Shown in pieces: positions 1-9,083 of a DNA stretch of 64,000 nt. Under the pieces are notes generated by a model. That model was given only the letters and a program-made list of their open reading frames with translations. It was not told the origin of the DNA and searched no databases. This stretch comes from Candidatus Omnitrophota bacterium (lineage in GTDB: Bacteria > Omnitrophota > Gorgyraeia > Zapsychrales > Fredricksoniimonadaceae): assembly GCA_037131245.1 (NCBI GenBank), contig JBAXRK010000005.1, positions 5,475 to 69,474 on the forward strand. Reading direction: 5' to 3'. How positions within the stretch are numbered: the first letter of the stretch is position 1; every line of letters begins with the position of its first letter. The position numbers and the translations under genes were made by a program.

Positions 1-1
1 C

Positions 2-271
2 GACCGCATGAAGGGCGAGCCTTATAATGTCGGCCTTTCGGATGCCAATTTAAGCAAGCACGAGCTATGTGTTGAGATCAAGAAGCATGTCCCGGATCTT
101 TATTTTGTTGAAGCGGCGGTCGGGGAGGACCCGGATAAGCGGGATTATATCGTCTCCAATGAAAAGATCGAGAAGGCCGGGTTTAAGCCTGATATGTCGC
201 TTTCGGCGGGTATCGCCGAGCTGGTCAAGGCGTACGGGATCATTAAACGTAACGATTACGCCAATATCTGA
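2..271 (+). CDS. NAD-dependent nucleotide-sugar epimerase/dehydratase (extended SDR) family, C-terminal fragment; gene continues beyond the 5' edge
   Basis: Frame open from base 2; track ORF 8..271; EPYNVG...DKRDYIVSNEKI...GFKP tail resembles C-termini of SDR sugar epimerases/reductases. Confidence 0.55.
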   Translation, partial: DRMKGEPYNVGLSDANLSKHELCVEIKKHVPDLYFVEAAVGEDPDKRDYIVSNEKIEKAGFKPDMSLSAGIAELVKAYGIIKRNDYANI

Positions 272-272
272 T

Positions 273-1493
273 ATGGTCAAACTGATGCTTGCCGTCGTTA
301 TCCTGGCGGGCGGCGTGTTCTGCGGCCTGAGGCTCGCGTCACAGAAACTGCTGTGGAATGATGAGCTTTTTACCCAGGTGGAGACGATCGACCGCTTGAG
401 CACCCGGACGATCCTTGAGGCCCGGTTCCCGGAGGGGAATTTGAGCCCTCTGTTCTATCTTGGCCAGAAATTCATTTGCCGCCTGGCGGATTATCGTTTG
501 CCGGTGGCCTGGCGCGGCGAATTCTGCGTTTATGAACCCCGCGGGCAGGTGTTGTTGCGGATCCTGCCGGTGGTGTGCATGTCGCTGGCGGTCGCCCTGA
601 TCTTTTTATATTTTTCTTGGCGTGAGTCGGTCGGGTTCGGGTTGCTGAGCGCGGCGGTGACCCTGTCGGGTTTCAGTATTTGGGCTTTTCTGCCGGAGGC
701 GCGGCCTTACGCGCTGTGGGTTTTGCTGTGCGCCCTTCAGGGCATGCTGTTCATGGAGATCCTCGGGCCCCAGAAGGAGAACAGCGCGCGGCGGATCTGG
801 GTATGGTTGGCCGTGGTCAACGGGCTGTTATCGCTGACGATCTTTTTTGCCGCGTTGCCGATCGTGGCGGTGTCGGCAGTCCTGCTCGTGAGGGACCGCA
901 CACGGTATTGGCGCTGGTGCGTACCGGTGACGGTGATCCCTCTGGCGGTGTGCGTTTTGTACTATGTTCTTTCCAAGCGGACATATCCGAACCTTTCCCA
1001 GGAACCTGCCAGCGTCCTGTTGATGCTCAAGGGCGGATTGACGATGGTTTTTTCCGGAGCGTTGTGGGCGCAGAGAGACCTGATCCTGACCAACGTGCCG
1101 CCGTTCTGGTTTTATTTTATCGCGGCCGGATCGCTGGCGTCCGCGGCCTGCCGCGTACCCGCGGGTACGGCGGGGATGGCGGGTTCCAAGGCGGTGGTTG
1201 ATGGTTTGCTGGCGGCTTTCCTGCTGATGCTGGGCATGGCGCTGGCGGTGATCGTCTGGTTCCTGGGTTGGAAAGCCAGCGGGAACTTCGGGGTGGCGGA
1301 ACGGTATTTTATTTTCCTGACGCCTGCGGCGCTTCTTTTGATCGTGGCGCTTATCAGGCACGGATGGTATCTGACGGAAAATGACCGCTGGGGCCGCTTG
1401 ATCGTGATCGTTGGGACGGGCTCCATGATCGCGCTTTCGTCATTATGGACGTATGTGCATCTGATGAAATGGGGGCCGTTTTGGTCGGTTTGA
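273..1493 (+). CDS. polytopic inner-membrane protein, GT-C-like glycosyltransferase candidate
   Basis: Track ORF 69..1493, but its first 68 codons overlap the upstream gene; ATG 273 lies 1 nt after that gene's TGA; many hydrophobic helices; acidic WNDELF motif after TM1 as in ArnT/PMT-type GT-C enzymes. Confidence 0.55.
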   Translation: MVKLMLAVVILAGGVFCGLRLASQKLLWNDELFTQVETIDRLSTRTILEARFPEGNLSPLFYLGQKFICRLADYRLPVAWRGEFCVYEPRGQVLLRILPVVCMSLAVALIFLYFSWRESVGFGLLSAAVTLSGFSIWAFLPEARPYALWVLLCALQGMLFMEILGPQKENSARRIWVWLAVVNGLLSLTIFFAALPIVAVSAVLLVRDRTRYWRWCVPVTVIPLAVCVLYYVLSKRTYPNLSQEPASVLLMLKGGLTMVFSGALWAQRDLILTNVPPFWFYFIAAGSLASAACRVPAGTAGMAGSKAVVDGLLAAFLLMLGMALAVIVWFLGWKASGNFGVAERYFIFLTPAALLLIVALIRHGWYLTENDRWGRLIVIVGTGSMIALSSLWTYVHLMKWGPFWSV

Positions 1494-2191
1494 AAGACGG
1501 TCTTGTTACCACTCGCCTGAAAGTGGCGGCCCTGATAGTGATCGCGGCGGGAACACTTTATGCCTGGCAGGGCCTTTGGCGTGAATACCCGAAAGCCCGG
1601 GAAGGTTTATATTCCCGGCGGATCGACAGTTACATGCCGGACTTGACGGCCTTGCGGCCGGAAACGTTACGTCATCCTCGCGAGGCGGCTCGTTATCTGG
1701 CGTATTATCAGCTGATCGGACGGGAGGCTTCGGGGACGTCCGGGGTCAGCGAGTTACTCGGGTATTGCTCTTATTACTCAGGGGATGCGGCTGGCGCGGC
1801 CGGATATTTCGGCCAGGCGCTGCGCTCGTCTTCGGACGCATTTGCCGCCCGGTATAATGCCGGGATCCTTTGTTTTTTGCGGAAGGATTACGCGCGGGCG
1901 GCGGAATATTTCCAGCAGGCGGTTGCCGTCCCGCAGGGGCGGGCGTTCGCGTATGTGATGGGGTCGAAGGTATTTTCTCAGTTCCGGGTGGCGAACAGGA
2001 TCGCGCCGAGCGAGACCTTGGTCCGGCTACAGCGGGCCTACGGTGATGCCGCGTTGTTCATCAAGGCCTGCCTGGAAGAACAGGGCCGGTCCGGCGAGCT
2101 GATGCTGCTGGCCGTCAGGTATAATGAATTGCGCAAGGCCTGGTCCGCGAACGGCGGTGGGGTGCCGGCGGCGGGTTTGCTGGTCTTTTAA
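1445..2191 (+). CDS. membrane-anchored TPR-like repeat protein
   Basis: Track ORF; one N-terminal hydrophobic helix (LKVAALIVIAAGTLYAW), then TPR-like repeats (YYSGDAAGAAGYFGQAL, LRKDYARAAEYFQQAV); start uncertain (ATG 1445, ATG 1469, or TTG 1490 in a TTGA overlap with the upstream stop). Confidence 0.55.
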   Translation: MDVCASDEMGAVLVGLKDGLVTTRLKVAALIVIAAGTLYAWQGLWREYPKAREGLYSRRIDSYMPDLTALRPETLRHPREAARYLAYYQLIGREASGTSGVSELLGYCSYYSGDAAGAAGYFGQALRSSSDAFAARYNAGILCFLRKDYARAAEYFQQAVAVPQGRAFAYVMGSKVFSQFRVANRIAPSETLVRLQRAYGDAALFIKACLEEQGRSGELMLLAVRYNELRKAWSANGGGVPAAGLLVF

Positions 2192-2205
2192 CGTTAAGAG
2201 GCAGA

Positions 2206-3204
2206 ATGATCATATCAAGAACGCCCTTTCGTATTTCCTTTTTTGGTGGCGGCACCGATTATCCGGCGTGGTTCCGGGATAATCCCGGCGCGGTCCTGGC
2301 GACGACCATCGACAAGTATTGTTATTTGACGGTGCGCCATTTGCCGCCGTTCTTTGAGTACCGCTCGCGGATCATTTATTCCAAGACCGAGCATGTGCAG
2401 GCGATCGACGAGATCGACCACCCTTCCGTGCGCGAGACTTTGCGTTTTCTTAACATCAATGACGGGATCGAGGTCCATCACGACGGGGACCTGCCCGCGC
2501 GCACGGGGCTTGGCTCCAGCTCTTCCTTTACGGTCGGCTTGCTCAATGTGCTTTACGCGCTTAAGGGCGAGATGATCACCAAGCAGCAGCTGGCGGAACA
2601 GGCGATCCATATCGAGCAGGACTTGATCAAGGAGAATGTGGGCTCACAGGACCAGGCCCTGGCCGCTTTCGGCGGGTTTAACCTAATCGAGTTCAGCGGC
2701 GACGGCCATTTTAATGTGCGGCGCTTGACGCTGCCGGCGGCCCGCATGCGGGACCTGCAGGACCACATGATGCTGTTTTTTACCGGGTTCTCACGGACGG
2801 CGTCCCAGATCGCCGCGCATCAGATCCAGAACATACCTAATCGCCGTAAAGAATTGACGACGATGTATGGTTTTGTGCAGGAGGGGCTTAAGTGCCTGAA
2901 TGCGGATGACCTCACAGGCTTCGGGCGTTTGCTTAATGAAAGCTGGAAGCTCAAGCGCACCTTGTCGGACAAGATCACGACGGATGTGATCGACGATATT
3001 TACAGCCGGGCGATGAAAGCCGGCGCGCTTGGCGGCAAATTGCTGGGGGCGGGTGGCGGCGGGTTCGTTCTGATCTACGCCGAACCGGACCGCAAGCCGG
3101 CCGTGCGCGATGCCTTGAGCGGTTTTCTGGAGATCCCTTTTAAATTCGAGGGGCTCGGCAGCCAGATCATTTTTTATCAGCCAAACAGCGGGGTGGTGGT
3201 ATGA
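2206..3204 (+). CDS. hddA: GHMP-family sugar kinase, D-glycero-alpha-D-manno-heptose 7-phosphate kinase-like
   Basis: N-terminus MIISRTPFRISFFGGGTDYP and GHMP motifs (PARTGLGSSSSF, GAGGGGF) typical of HddA-type heptose kinases. Confidence 0.7.
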   Translation: MIISRTPFRISFFGGGTDYPAWFRDNPGAVLATTIDKYCYLTVRHLPPFFEYRSRIIYSKTEHVQAIDEIDHPSVRETLRFLNINDGIEVHHDGDLPARTGLGSSSSFTVGLLNVLYALKGEMITKQQLAEQAIHIEQDLIKENVGSQDQALAAFGGFNLIEFSGDGHFNVRRLTLPAARMRDLQDHMMLFFTGFSRTASQIAAHQIQNIPNRRKELTTMYGFVQEGLKCLNADDLTGFGRLLNESWKLKRTLSDKITTDVIDDIYSRAMKAGALGGKLLGAGGGGFVLIYAEPDRKPAVRDALSGFLEIPFKFEGLGSQIIFYQPNSGVVV

Positions 3205-3902
3205 AAGCGGACTTTTTACTTTTATGCGGTGGGCTGGGGACGCGCCTGCGGTCGGTCACGGGGGACGCCCCCAAGGTCATGGCTGAGGTCCAGGGTGAGC
3301 CGTTCCTCGATTTTCTTATCCGCTATTTGATCAAGCAAGGCGCCGAACGGGTGATCTTATGCGCCGGGTATAAAGCCGAGTCATTGGCGGGCCATTACCG
3401 GGACAAGTTCCGCGAGATCGATGTGCAGATGTCGATCGAGCCTTCACCCCTGGGGACGGGCGGCGCGTTCAAGAATGCCCAGAAGTTGCTGAAGAATGAT
3501 GTTGTGTTCGGGCTTAACGGCGATTGCTTTACGCCGGTCTCTTACGGGCAGATGCTGGCCGAACATCAGAAGCGCGACGCCATGGTAACGCTGGTTGGCG
3601 TGAAGGTGGAAGGCAATAAGGATTTCGGCACGATCGTGATGAATGAACGGGATGAAGTGCTGGCGTTCAAGGAAAAGTTCGAAACGTCCGAGGTACAGCA
3701 CATCAGCGCCGGCATTTACAGTTTTCGCCGGGATGTTTTCGATCTGATGCCTGAGGGTAAATTTTCTATCGAATATGATTTCTTCCCCAAGATGATCGGC
3801 AAGGGTTTTTACGGTTTCAAAGTGGACGCGCCGTTCATTGATATCGGGACGCCGGAGCGCTTTGAATGGGCGAAGAAGCACCTCAAGGAGATGCTGCCGT
3901 GA
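3201..3902 (+). CDS. hddC: sugar-1-phosphate nucleotidyltransferase, D-glycero-alpha-D-manno-heptose 1-phosphate guanylyltransferase-like
   Basis: LCGGLGTRLR...PK nucleotidyltransferase signature, EPSPLGTGGA; ATGA overlap with hddA stop. Confidence 0.65.
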   Translation: MKADFLLLCGGLGTRLRSVTGDAPKVMAEVQGEPFLDFLIRYLIKQGAERVILCAGYKAESLAGHYRDKFREIDVQMSIEPSPLGTGGAFKNAQKLLKNDVVFGLNGDCFTPVSYGQMLAEHQKRDAMVTLVGVKVEGNKDFGTIVMNERDEVLAFKEKFETSEVQHISAGIYSFRRDVFDLMPEGKFSIEYDFFPKMIGKGFYGFKVDAPFIDIGTPERFEWAKKHLKEMLP

Positions 3903-5068
3903 AAATTCAGGTTGGCGAGGAATCAAAGAAGGCCGGATATAAAGTTCCCTTCGGGACGGTGTCGATCACGGATAAAGCGCGCCGGTTGATCGACGAGGCC
4001 CTAGAGACCAAGTGGGTCACCAAGGGGAAATACGTCAAGGAGTTCGAGGAGAAATTCGCTGCCTTGTTCGGCGTGAAATACGGCGTGGCGGTCTCCAGCG
4101 GGACGGATGCCGACGCGCTGGCTTGCGCGGCGCTTTATGATCTGGGGGCCAAACGCGGGGACGAGGTCATTGTGCCGGCTCTGTCGTTCGTGGCGACCGG
4201 TAACGCGGTCTTTCAGGCGGGATTAACGCCGGTTTTCGTTGACGTCAAGCGCGACACGCTCAATATCGATCCCGACAAGATCGAGGCGAAGATCACGGCC
4301 CGCACCAGGGCGATCATGCCGGTGCATCTGATGGGCAAGCCGGCCGAGATGGACCGGATCCTCGCGATCGCCCGTAAGCATAACCTGCGGGTCATTGAAG
4401 ATGCCGCTGAGGCGCATGGCGCTGAGTACCGGGGCCAGAAGATCGGCGCGATCGGCGACATGGCCTGCTTTAGCCTTTACGCGGCGCATATCGTGACCAC
4501 GATCGAAGGCGGGATCATCATTACCAATGACGAGAAGGCTGCCGAGGCGCTGCGCTCCTTGCGCAATCACGGGATGACCGGAAAATTCACTTTTTCGCGT
4601 ATAGGGTTTTCGGCTAAGATGAACGAGATCGAAGCGGCGGTGGGGCTGGGGAACATCGATATTTTCCAGAAGATCCTCGATACCCGCCGGCGCAATATGC
4701 TCTACCTGATCGATAAGTTCGCCCGCTTTGACAAGGTTTTTCTGACCCTCAAGGAGGAAGCGCACGAGAAGCTGGGGCCTCACGCGTTCTCGATCATCTT
4801 GCGCGAAGGCGCGGGTTTTTCCAAAGATGAGTTCGTGGCTTATATCGAGGCGCAGGGTATCGATTCGCGCAATCTCTTTTATTCCATGCCGACGCAGTGC
4901 CCCAGTTACGCGTTTTTAGGCTATCAGCTCGGGGATTTTCCGGAGGCTGAGTATTGTAGCGATCACGGGACGCATATCGGGATCCATCAGGATATCGACG
5001 TCAGCCAGCTTGACCATGTGGTTGCGGTGGTTGAGAAGTTCTTAAGTACAAAAGGAGTGCGTTATTAA
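3899..5068 (+). CDS. DegT/DnrJ/EryC1-fold PLP/PMP enzyme with His at the Schiff-base lysine position (ColD/E1-like sugar 3-dehydratase candidate)
   Basis: Track ORF 3866..5068; GTG 3899 forms a GTGA overlap with the hddC stop; fold motifs SSGTDA, DEVIVPALSF, IEDAAEAHG; active-site block reads CFSLYAAHIVTTIEGG (His codon 4487..4489). Confidence 0.75.
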   Translation: MKIQVGEESKKAGYKVPFGTVSITDKARRLIDEALETKWVTKGKYVKEFEEKFAALFGVKYGVAVSSGTDADALACAALYDLGAKRGDEVIVPALSFVATGNAVFQAGLTPVFVDVKRDTLNIDPDKIEAKITARTRAIMPVHLMGKPAEMDRILAIARKHNLRVIEDAAEAHGAEYRGQKIGAIGDMACFSLYAAHIVTTIEGGIIITNDEKAAEALRSLRNHGMTGKFTFSRIGFSAKMNEIEAAVGLGNIDIFQKILDTRRRNMLYLIDKFARFDKVFLTLKEEAHEKLGPHAFSIILREGAGFSKDEFVAYIEAQGIDSRNLFYSMPTQCPSYAFLGYQLGDFPEAEYCSDHGTHIGIHQDIDVSQLDHVVAVVEKFLSTKGVRY

Positions 5069-5081
5069 AGAATACCTGAAA

Positions 5082-6860
5082 ATGCTCTATCTTGCCCGGC
5101 GGAACTGGCAGTATCTGGTCGGGGGTATCCTGGCCATGATCGCTTGCGCGGGTTTCGAAGGCGCGCAATTCGGCGCGATCGTGCCGCTGGCGGACTGTAT
5201 TTTTAACGGTAAGCCCATTATCCTGCCGGTGGGGTTGCCGCCGTTCCTGGTGCATTACGCCGATGTGCTTAACGCGATGGATCGCTTCACGCTTTTTTAC
5301 GGCGTGATCTTTCTTATCCCGGCCTTTTATATTATCAAGGGAGGGTTTTCCTATCTGCGCGGGTTGTTTATGAACACGCTGGCCCAGCGGACAGTGATGG
5401 ATGTGCGCGGCGACCTGTTCCGCAAGTATCAGGACCTCTCGCTGGACTTCTACAGCCAGAAGCGCCAGGGCGAGTTGATGAGCCGTATCACGAATGATGC
5501 CGGGTTCATCGGCCATGCCATCTCATTCGGGTTAACTGATATCTTCTACCAGAGTATCCTAGCGGTCATGTTCGCCGGTATCGCGCTTACCATCAGCTGG
5601 AAAATGGTGATGATCATCCTGGTGGTTTTTCCGCTTAACGGCTGGCTGATCCACGTGATCGGTAAGACCATCAAAAAGCAGTCGATCCAGTCCCAGGAGT
5701 CGATGGCCGACCTTAATTCGATCCTGGCGGAGACCAATCAGGGGGTGTCTATCGTTAAGGCCTTCTCGCGTGAGAAGCACGAGATCAACCGCTTTGATGT
5801 GCTCAACAAGAAATTTTATCGGGCGATCATCAAGGGGGTCAGGCGCAGCCTTTGCCTTTCGCCGATCACCGAGATCCTGGCGGCCGTCGCGGTGGTGGTG
5901 GTTTTCTGGATCGGCGGTTTGCAGGTTATCAAGGGGCATATGTCGTTCGGTGTTTTCGCTTTGTTCCTCGGTTCGCTGATCAGCATTCAGCGCCCGATCA
6001 AGAAGCTGGCGGAAGTGTACAGCATTAATCAGCAGGCGCTGGCTTCCTCAAGGCGCGTGTACGATTTTCTAGACTGGATCCCGCTTATTGTTGACCTTCC
6101 CGAGGCCAAAGAATGCCGGCCGCCGGCGGAGGCTATTCGTTTCAAGGATGTTTCGTTCCGCTACGAAAAAGACCAGCCGAACCAGGTCATCAAGAATTTC
6201 ACCCATGATTTTGAGATCGGTAAAATGACCGCGTTGGTGGGCCCGACTGGTTGCGGGAAAACCACGATCATGAATTTGATCCTGCGTTTTTATGATATCG
6301 ACACGGGCGCGCTCAGTTTTGACGACCAGAATATCCGGGAGGTGACGGTGGCGTCCCTGCGCCGGCATGTGGGCCTGGTCACGCAGGACATGATCCTGTT
6401 CAATGAGTCTATTCGTGAGAATTTGCGTTACGGAAAACTTGACGCGACGGATGCCGAGGTGCTGGAGGCGGCCCGGCAGGCCATGGCACTCGAGTTCATC
6501 GAACGGATGCCCGAGGGGCTCGATACGGTCATTGGCGACCGGGGCATGAAGTTGTCTGGAGGGCAGAAGCAGCGCCTGTGCATCGCGCGCGCGATCCTTA
6601 AGAATCCGCGCATCCTGCTTTTGGATGAGGCCACTTCCGCCCTTGACCCGCAGTCGGAGCACATGGTGCAGTTGGCACTTGATAACCTGATGAAGGACCG
6701 CACGGTCATTGTGATCGCGCATCGCCTGTCCACCATTCGCCACGCGGATTGCATCCTGGTGATGGAGAATGGGCGGATCGTCCAAAAGGGCGGGCATGAG
6801 GAATTATTGACGACGTCGGCGTTGTACGCCAAATTGGCGAGTTATCATTTTAATCAGTGA
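5082..6860 (+). CDS. fused TMD-NBD ABC exporter, MsbA/PglK-like lipid or lipid-linked-glycan flippase
   Basis: Six N-terminal TM helices, Walker A GPTGCGKTT, signature LSGGQKQR, Walker B ILLLDEATSALD. Confidence 0.8.
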   Translation: MLYLARRNWQYLVGGILAMIACAGFEGAQFGAIVPLADCIFNGKPIILPVGLPPFLVHYADVLNAMDRFTLFYGVIFLIPAFYIIKGGFSYLRGLFMNTLAQRTVMDVRGDLFRKYQDLSLDFYSQKRQGELMSRITNDAGFIGHAISFGLTDIFYQSILAVMFAGIALTISWKMVMIILVVFPLNGWLIHVIGKTIKKQSIQSQESMADLNSILAETNQGVSIVKAFSREKHEINRFDVLNKKFYRAIIKGVRRSLCLSPITEILAAVAVVVVFWIGGLQVIKGHMSFGVFALFLGSLISIQRPIKKLAEVYSINQQALASSRRVYDFLDWIPLIVDLPEAKECRPPAEAIRFKDVSFRYEKDQPNQVIKNFTHDFEIGKMTALVGPTGCGKTTIMNLILRFYDIDTGALSFDDQNIREVTVASLRRHVGLVTQDMILFNESIRENLRYGKLDATDAEVLEAARQAMALEFIERMPEGLDTVIGDRGMKLSGGQKQRLCIARAILKNPRILLLDEATSALDPQSEHMVQLALDNLMKDRTVIVIAHRLSTIRHADCILVMENGRIVQKGGHEELLTTSALYAKLASYHFNQ

Positions 6861-6869
6861 GGGTTGTAA

Positions 6870-8075
6870 ATGAAGGCGCTGGGTGAATTCCTGAAAATGA
6901 TGGGCGTCTGGGCTTTGATCCTGCTTGGCGTATTGCTGTTCCTTGAGGTTGTTTTCCGCTTCTGGCGGCATGATGTTGAGCCGCTGGCGCAGATCACTCA
7001 AAAGCATGTAGATGTGCTTTTCACGCCGGATAGCGTGATGCGTAGCGTCTCGTCGATCCCGGGCGAGTTCGATTATACCGCTCATATTAATCATTTCGGG
7101 TACCGCGGGCGGGATTTCGTGGTGCCCAAGCTTCCGGGTGTTGCGCGGGTTTTCGCGGTAGGCGATTCCTTCACCTTCGGGGTCGGCTCGCCCGATGACC
7201 AGACCTTTGCGGCCTTGATCGAGAAACAGCTCAGGGATCGTGGCTTATCTGTCGAAGTGATCAATGCCGGGATCGGTTCCACCTCTCCGGCCACGCAGCT
7301 GCTGAATGTGAAGAACATCCATTTGAAGTACCAGCCCGATGCGGTGGTCTTCTTTTTTGACATGACCGACCTTTGGGACGATTGGTACGCCGAGCGGCAC
7401 GCGGTGCGGGACCGCGACGGGGATATCCTGCGGTTCGACCCGATGATCGTTGACGGCAAGCGGGACTGGTGGCTGACGCTGACAAACTATAGCTCGTTCT
7501 GCAAGTTCTTTCATAATAAGGTTGTGCGGTCCATCCGCAAGATGCGGGTGCTGGGCATGGGGCAGTATATGAAGACCGCTTTATCGGGTGCGCGGGCCAA
7601 GGCGGTGATCGCCGGTCTTGATGACGAGAAAGCGAAGAGTTCCCTGATGGAGTACGATGCGCTGCTCCTGATGCGCGGCCGCGAGCGGGAGGCTTTGATC
7701 CGCCAGCATTGGGCGCGGACAGCGGCCAACCTGGTCAAGATGCGCGATATGCTGGCGTCCAGGCATATCCCCCTGGTCATTGTGATGTACCCGCACGGCT
7801 TGTACGTCGGGGGCGACCAATGGACGGAAGGGCGCAAGACCTGGGGTTTTGAGGCCGGAAAGAAGTACACGGATTATCTGCCTTTTGAATTGATGAAAGA
7901 ACTGACGGATCGGGAGCATATCCCTTTTATTAACACACTTGACGCATTCCTGGCCGCGCCGCATGAAAAATATTTCTTTGATTGGGACGGCCATATGACG
8001 ACAGCCGGTAACAGGATCGTTGCGTCGATCGTGGCGCAGGCGCCCGAGCTGCTTGGCGCTATCGGGAAGAAATGA
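6870..8075 (+). CDS. membrane-anchored SGNH/GDSL hydrolase family protein (possible glycan O-acyl esterase/transferase)
   Basis: N-terminal TM helix; SGNH blocks FAVGDSFTFG, NAGIGS, DWDGHMT. Confidence 0.6.
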   Translation: MKALGEFLKMMGVWALILLGVLLFLEVVFRFWRHDVEPLAQITQKHVDVLFTPDSVMRSVSSIPGEFDYTAHINHFGYRGRDFVVPKLPGVARVFAVGDSFTFGVGSPDDQTFAALIEKQLRDRGLSVEVINAGIGSTSPATQLLNVKNIHLKYQPDAVVFFFDMTDLWDDWYAERHAVRDRDGDILRFDPMIVDGKRDWWLTLTNYSSFCKFFHNKVVRSIRKMRVLGMGQYMKTALSGARAKAVIAGLDDEKAKSSLMEYDALLLMRGREREALIRQHWARTAANLVKMRDMLASRHIPLVIVMYPHGLYVGGDQWTEGRKTWGFEAGKKYTDYLPFELMKELTDREHIPFINTLDAFLAAPHEKYFFDWDGHMTTAGNRIVASIVAQAPELLGAIGKK

Positions 8076-9037
8076 GCACGACCCCTTCGGCGCTGATGGG
8101 CCGGATCCTGCTGGTCAGAAATGACCGTTTTGGGGAGTTTTTGCTGAATATCCCGGCTTTTCGGGCGATAAAAGAGTCATATCCAGGGGCTCAGGTGACG
8201 GTCGCGGTTGCGCCCGGTGTGGAGGAGTTGGCACGAGCGGTGCCGTTCATTGATCGGGTCCTGGTTTTTCCGCCGGAGAATAGCGCCTGGTTCGAGTTGG
8301 TCCGGTTTGTTTTGTTTTTGCGCCGGGAGAAATATGACGCGGCGGTGGTCTTAAATCCGACAGCGCGGGCGCATCAAATATTGTTTTGGGCGGGTATCCC
8401 GCGGCGGGCCGGTTATGCCCGCAAGCACGCGTTCTTTTTAACAGATCGTATCGCGGATCGCAAGGGGCTCGGGCACAGGCATGAGGTCGAGAACAATCTT
8501 GACCTGGTTGCTTTGCTGGGTTGTGCGACCGCGGATAAGTCGCTGGTGTTAAATGTTCCGGTAGATATCCAGGACCATGTTGCCCGGAAGTGGGGGCTGG
8601 ATCCTTCCGAACGTTATGTGGCGGTCCATCCGTGGACCAGCGATTCCGTCAAGCAGTGGCCGCTGGAGAATTTCGAGCAGCTGGTGACAACGTTAGCGCA
8701 AGATAAGGCGCACCGGGTTGTTTTGATCGGACGGCCGGAAGCGTGGCACCGGCCGTTACGTGTGCCGCGGTCGGATCGGGTCATTGATCTGAGCGGGCGG
8801 ACGAGTTTACTCGAGGCCGCGGCGGTGTTGCGTTGCTGCTCGGTGCTGGTGTCCTGCGACAGCGGCCCGGTGCATTTGGCCGCGAGTGTCGGGACAAAAG
8901 TGGTGGCGCTCTTTCGGGATGATATGCCCGGCAAGAATCCGGAGCGCTGGGGGCCGTGGCCGGTATTCAACCATGCGGTTGTCGCGGCGGGCCGCTTGGA
9001 GCAGATCACGCTTGAACAGGTAATGGCACGGATCTAG
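8072..9037 (+). CDS. glycosyltransferase family 9 (heptosyltransferase family)
   Basis: RILLVRNDRFGEFLLNIPAFRAIK N-terminus and C-terminal CDSGPVHLAA motif typical of GT9; ATGA overlap upstream. Confidence 0.75.
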   Translation: MSTTPSALMGRILLVRNDRFGEFLLNIPAFRAIKESYPGAQVTVAVAPGVEELARAVPFIDRVLVFPPENSAWFELVRFVLFLRREKYDAAVVLNPTARAHQILFWAGIPRRAGYARKHAFFLTDRIADRKGLGHRHEVENNLDLVALLGCATADKSLVLNVPVDIQDHVARKWGLDPSERYVAVHPWTSDSVKQWPLENFEQLVTTLAQDKAHRVVLIGRPEAWHRPLRVPRSDRVIDLSGRTSLLEAAAVLRCCSVLVSCDSGPVHLAASVGTKVVALFRDDMPGKNPERWGPWPVFNHAVVAAGRLEQITLEQVMARI

Positions 9038-9083
9038 GTGTAGTTAACGTAACAAGGGAAAGTATCAACAGGTGGCGTCGTTT

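Noticed and set aside
69-272. 5' extension of the track ORF 69..1493
   Set aside because: It overlaps the well-formed C-terminus of the upstream SDR gene in another frame and is Arg/Ser-rich. The ATG at 273, 1 nt after the upstream stop, starts the hydrophobic protein.
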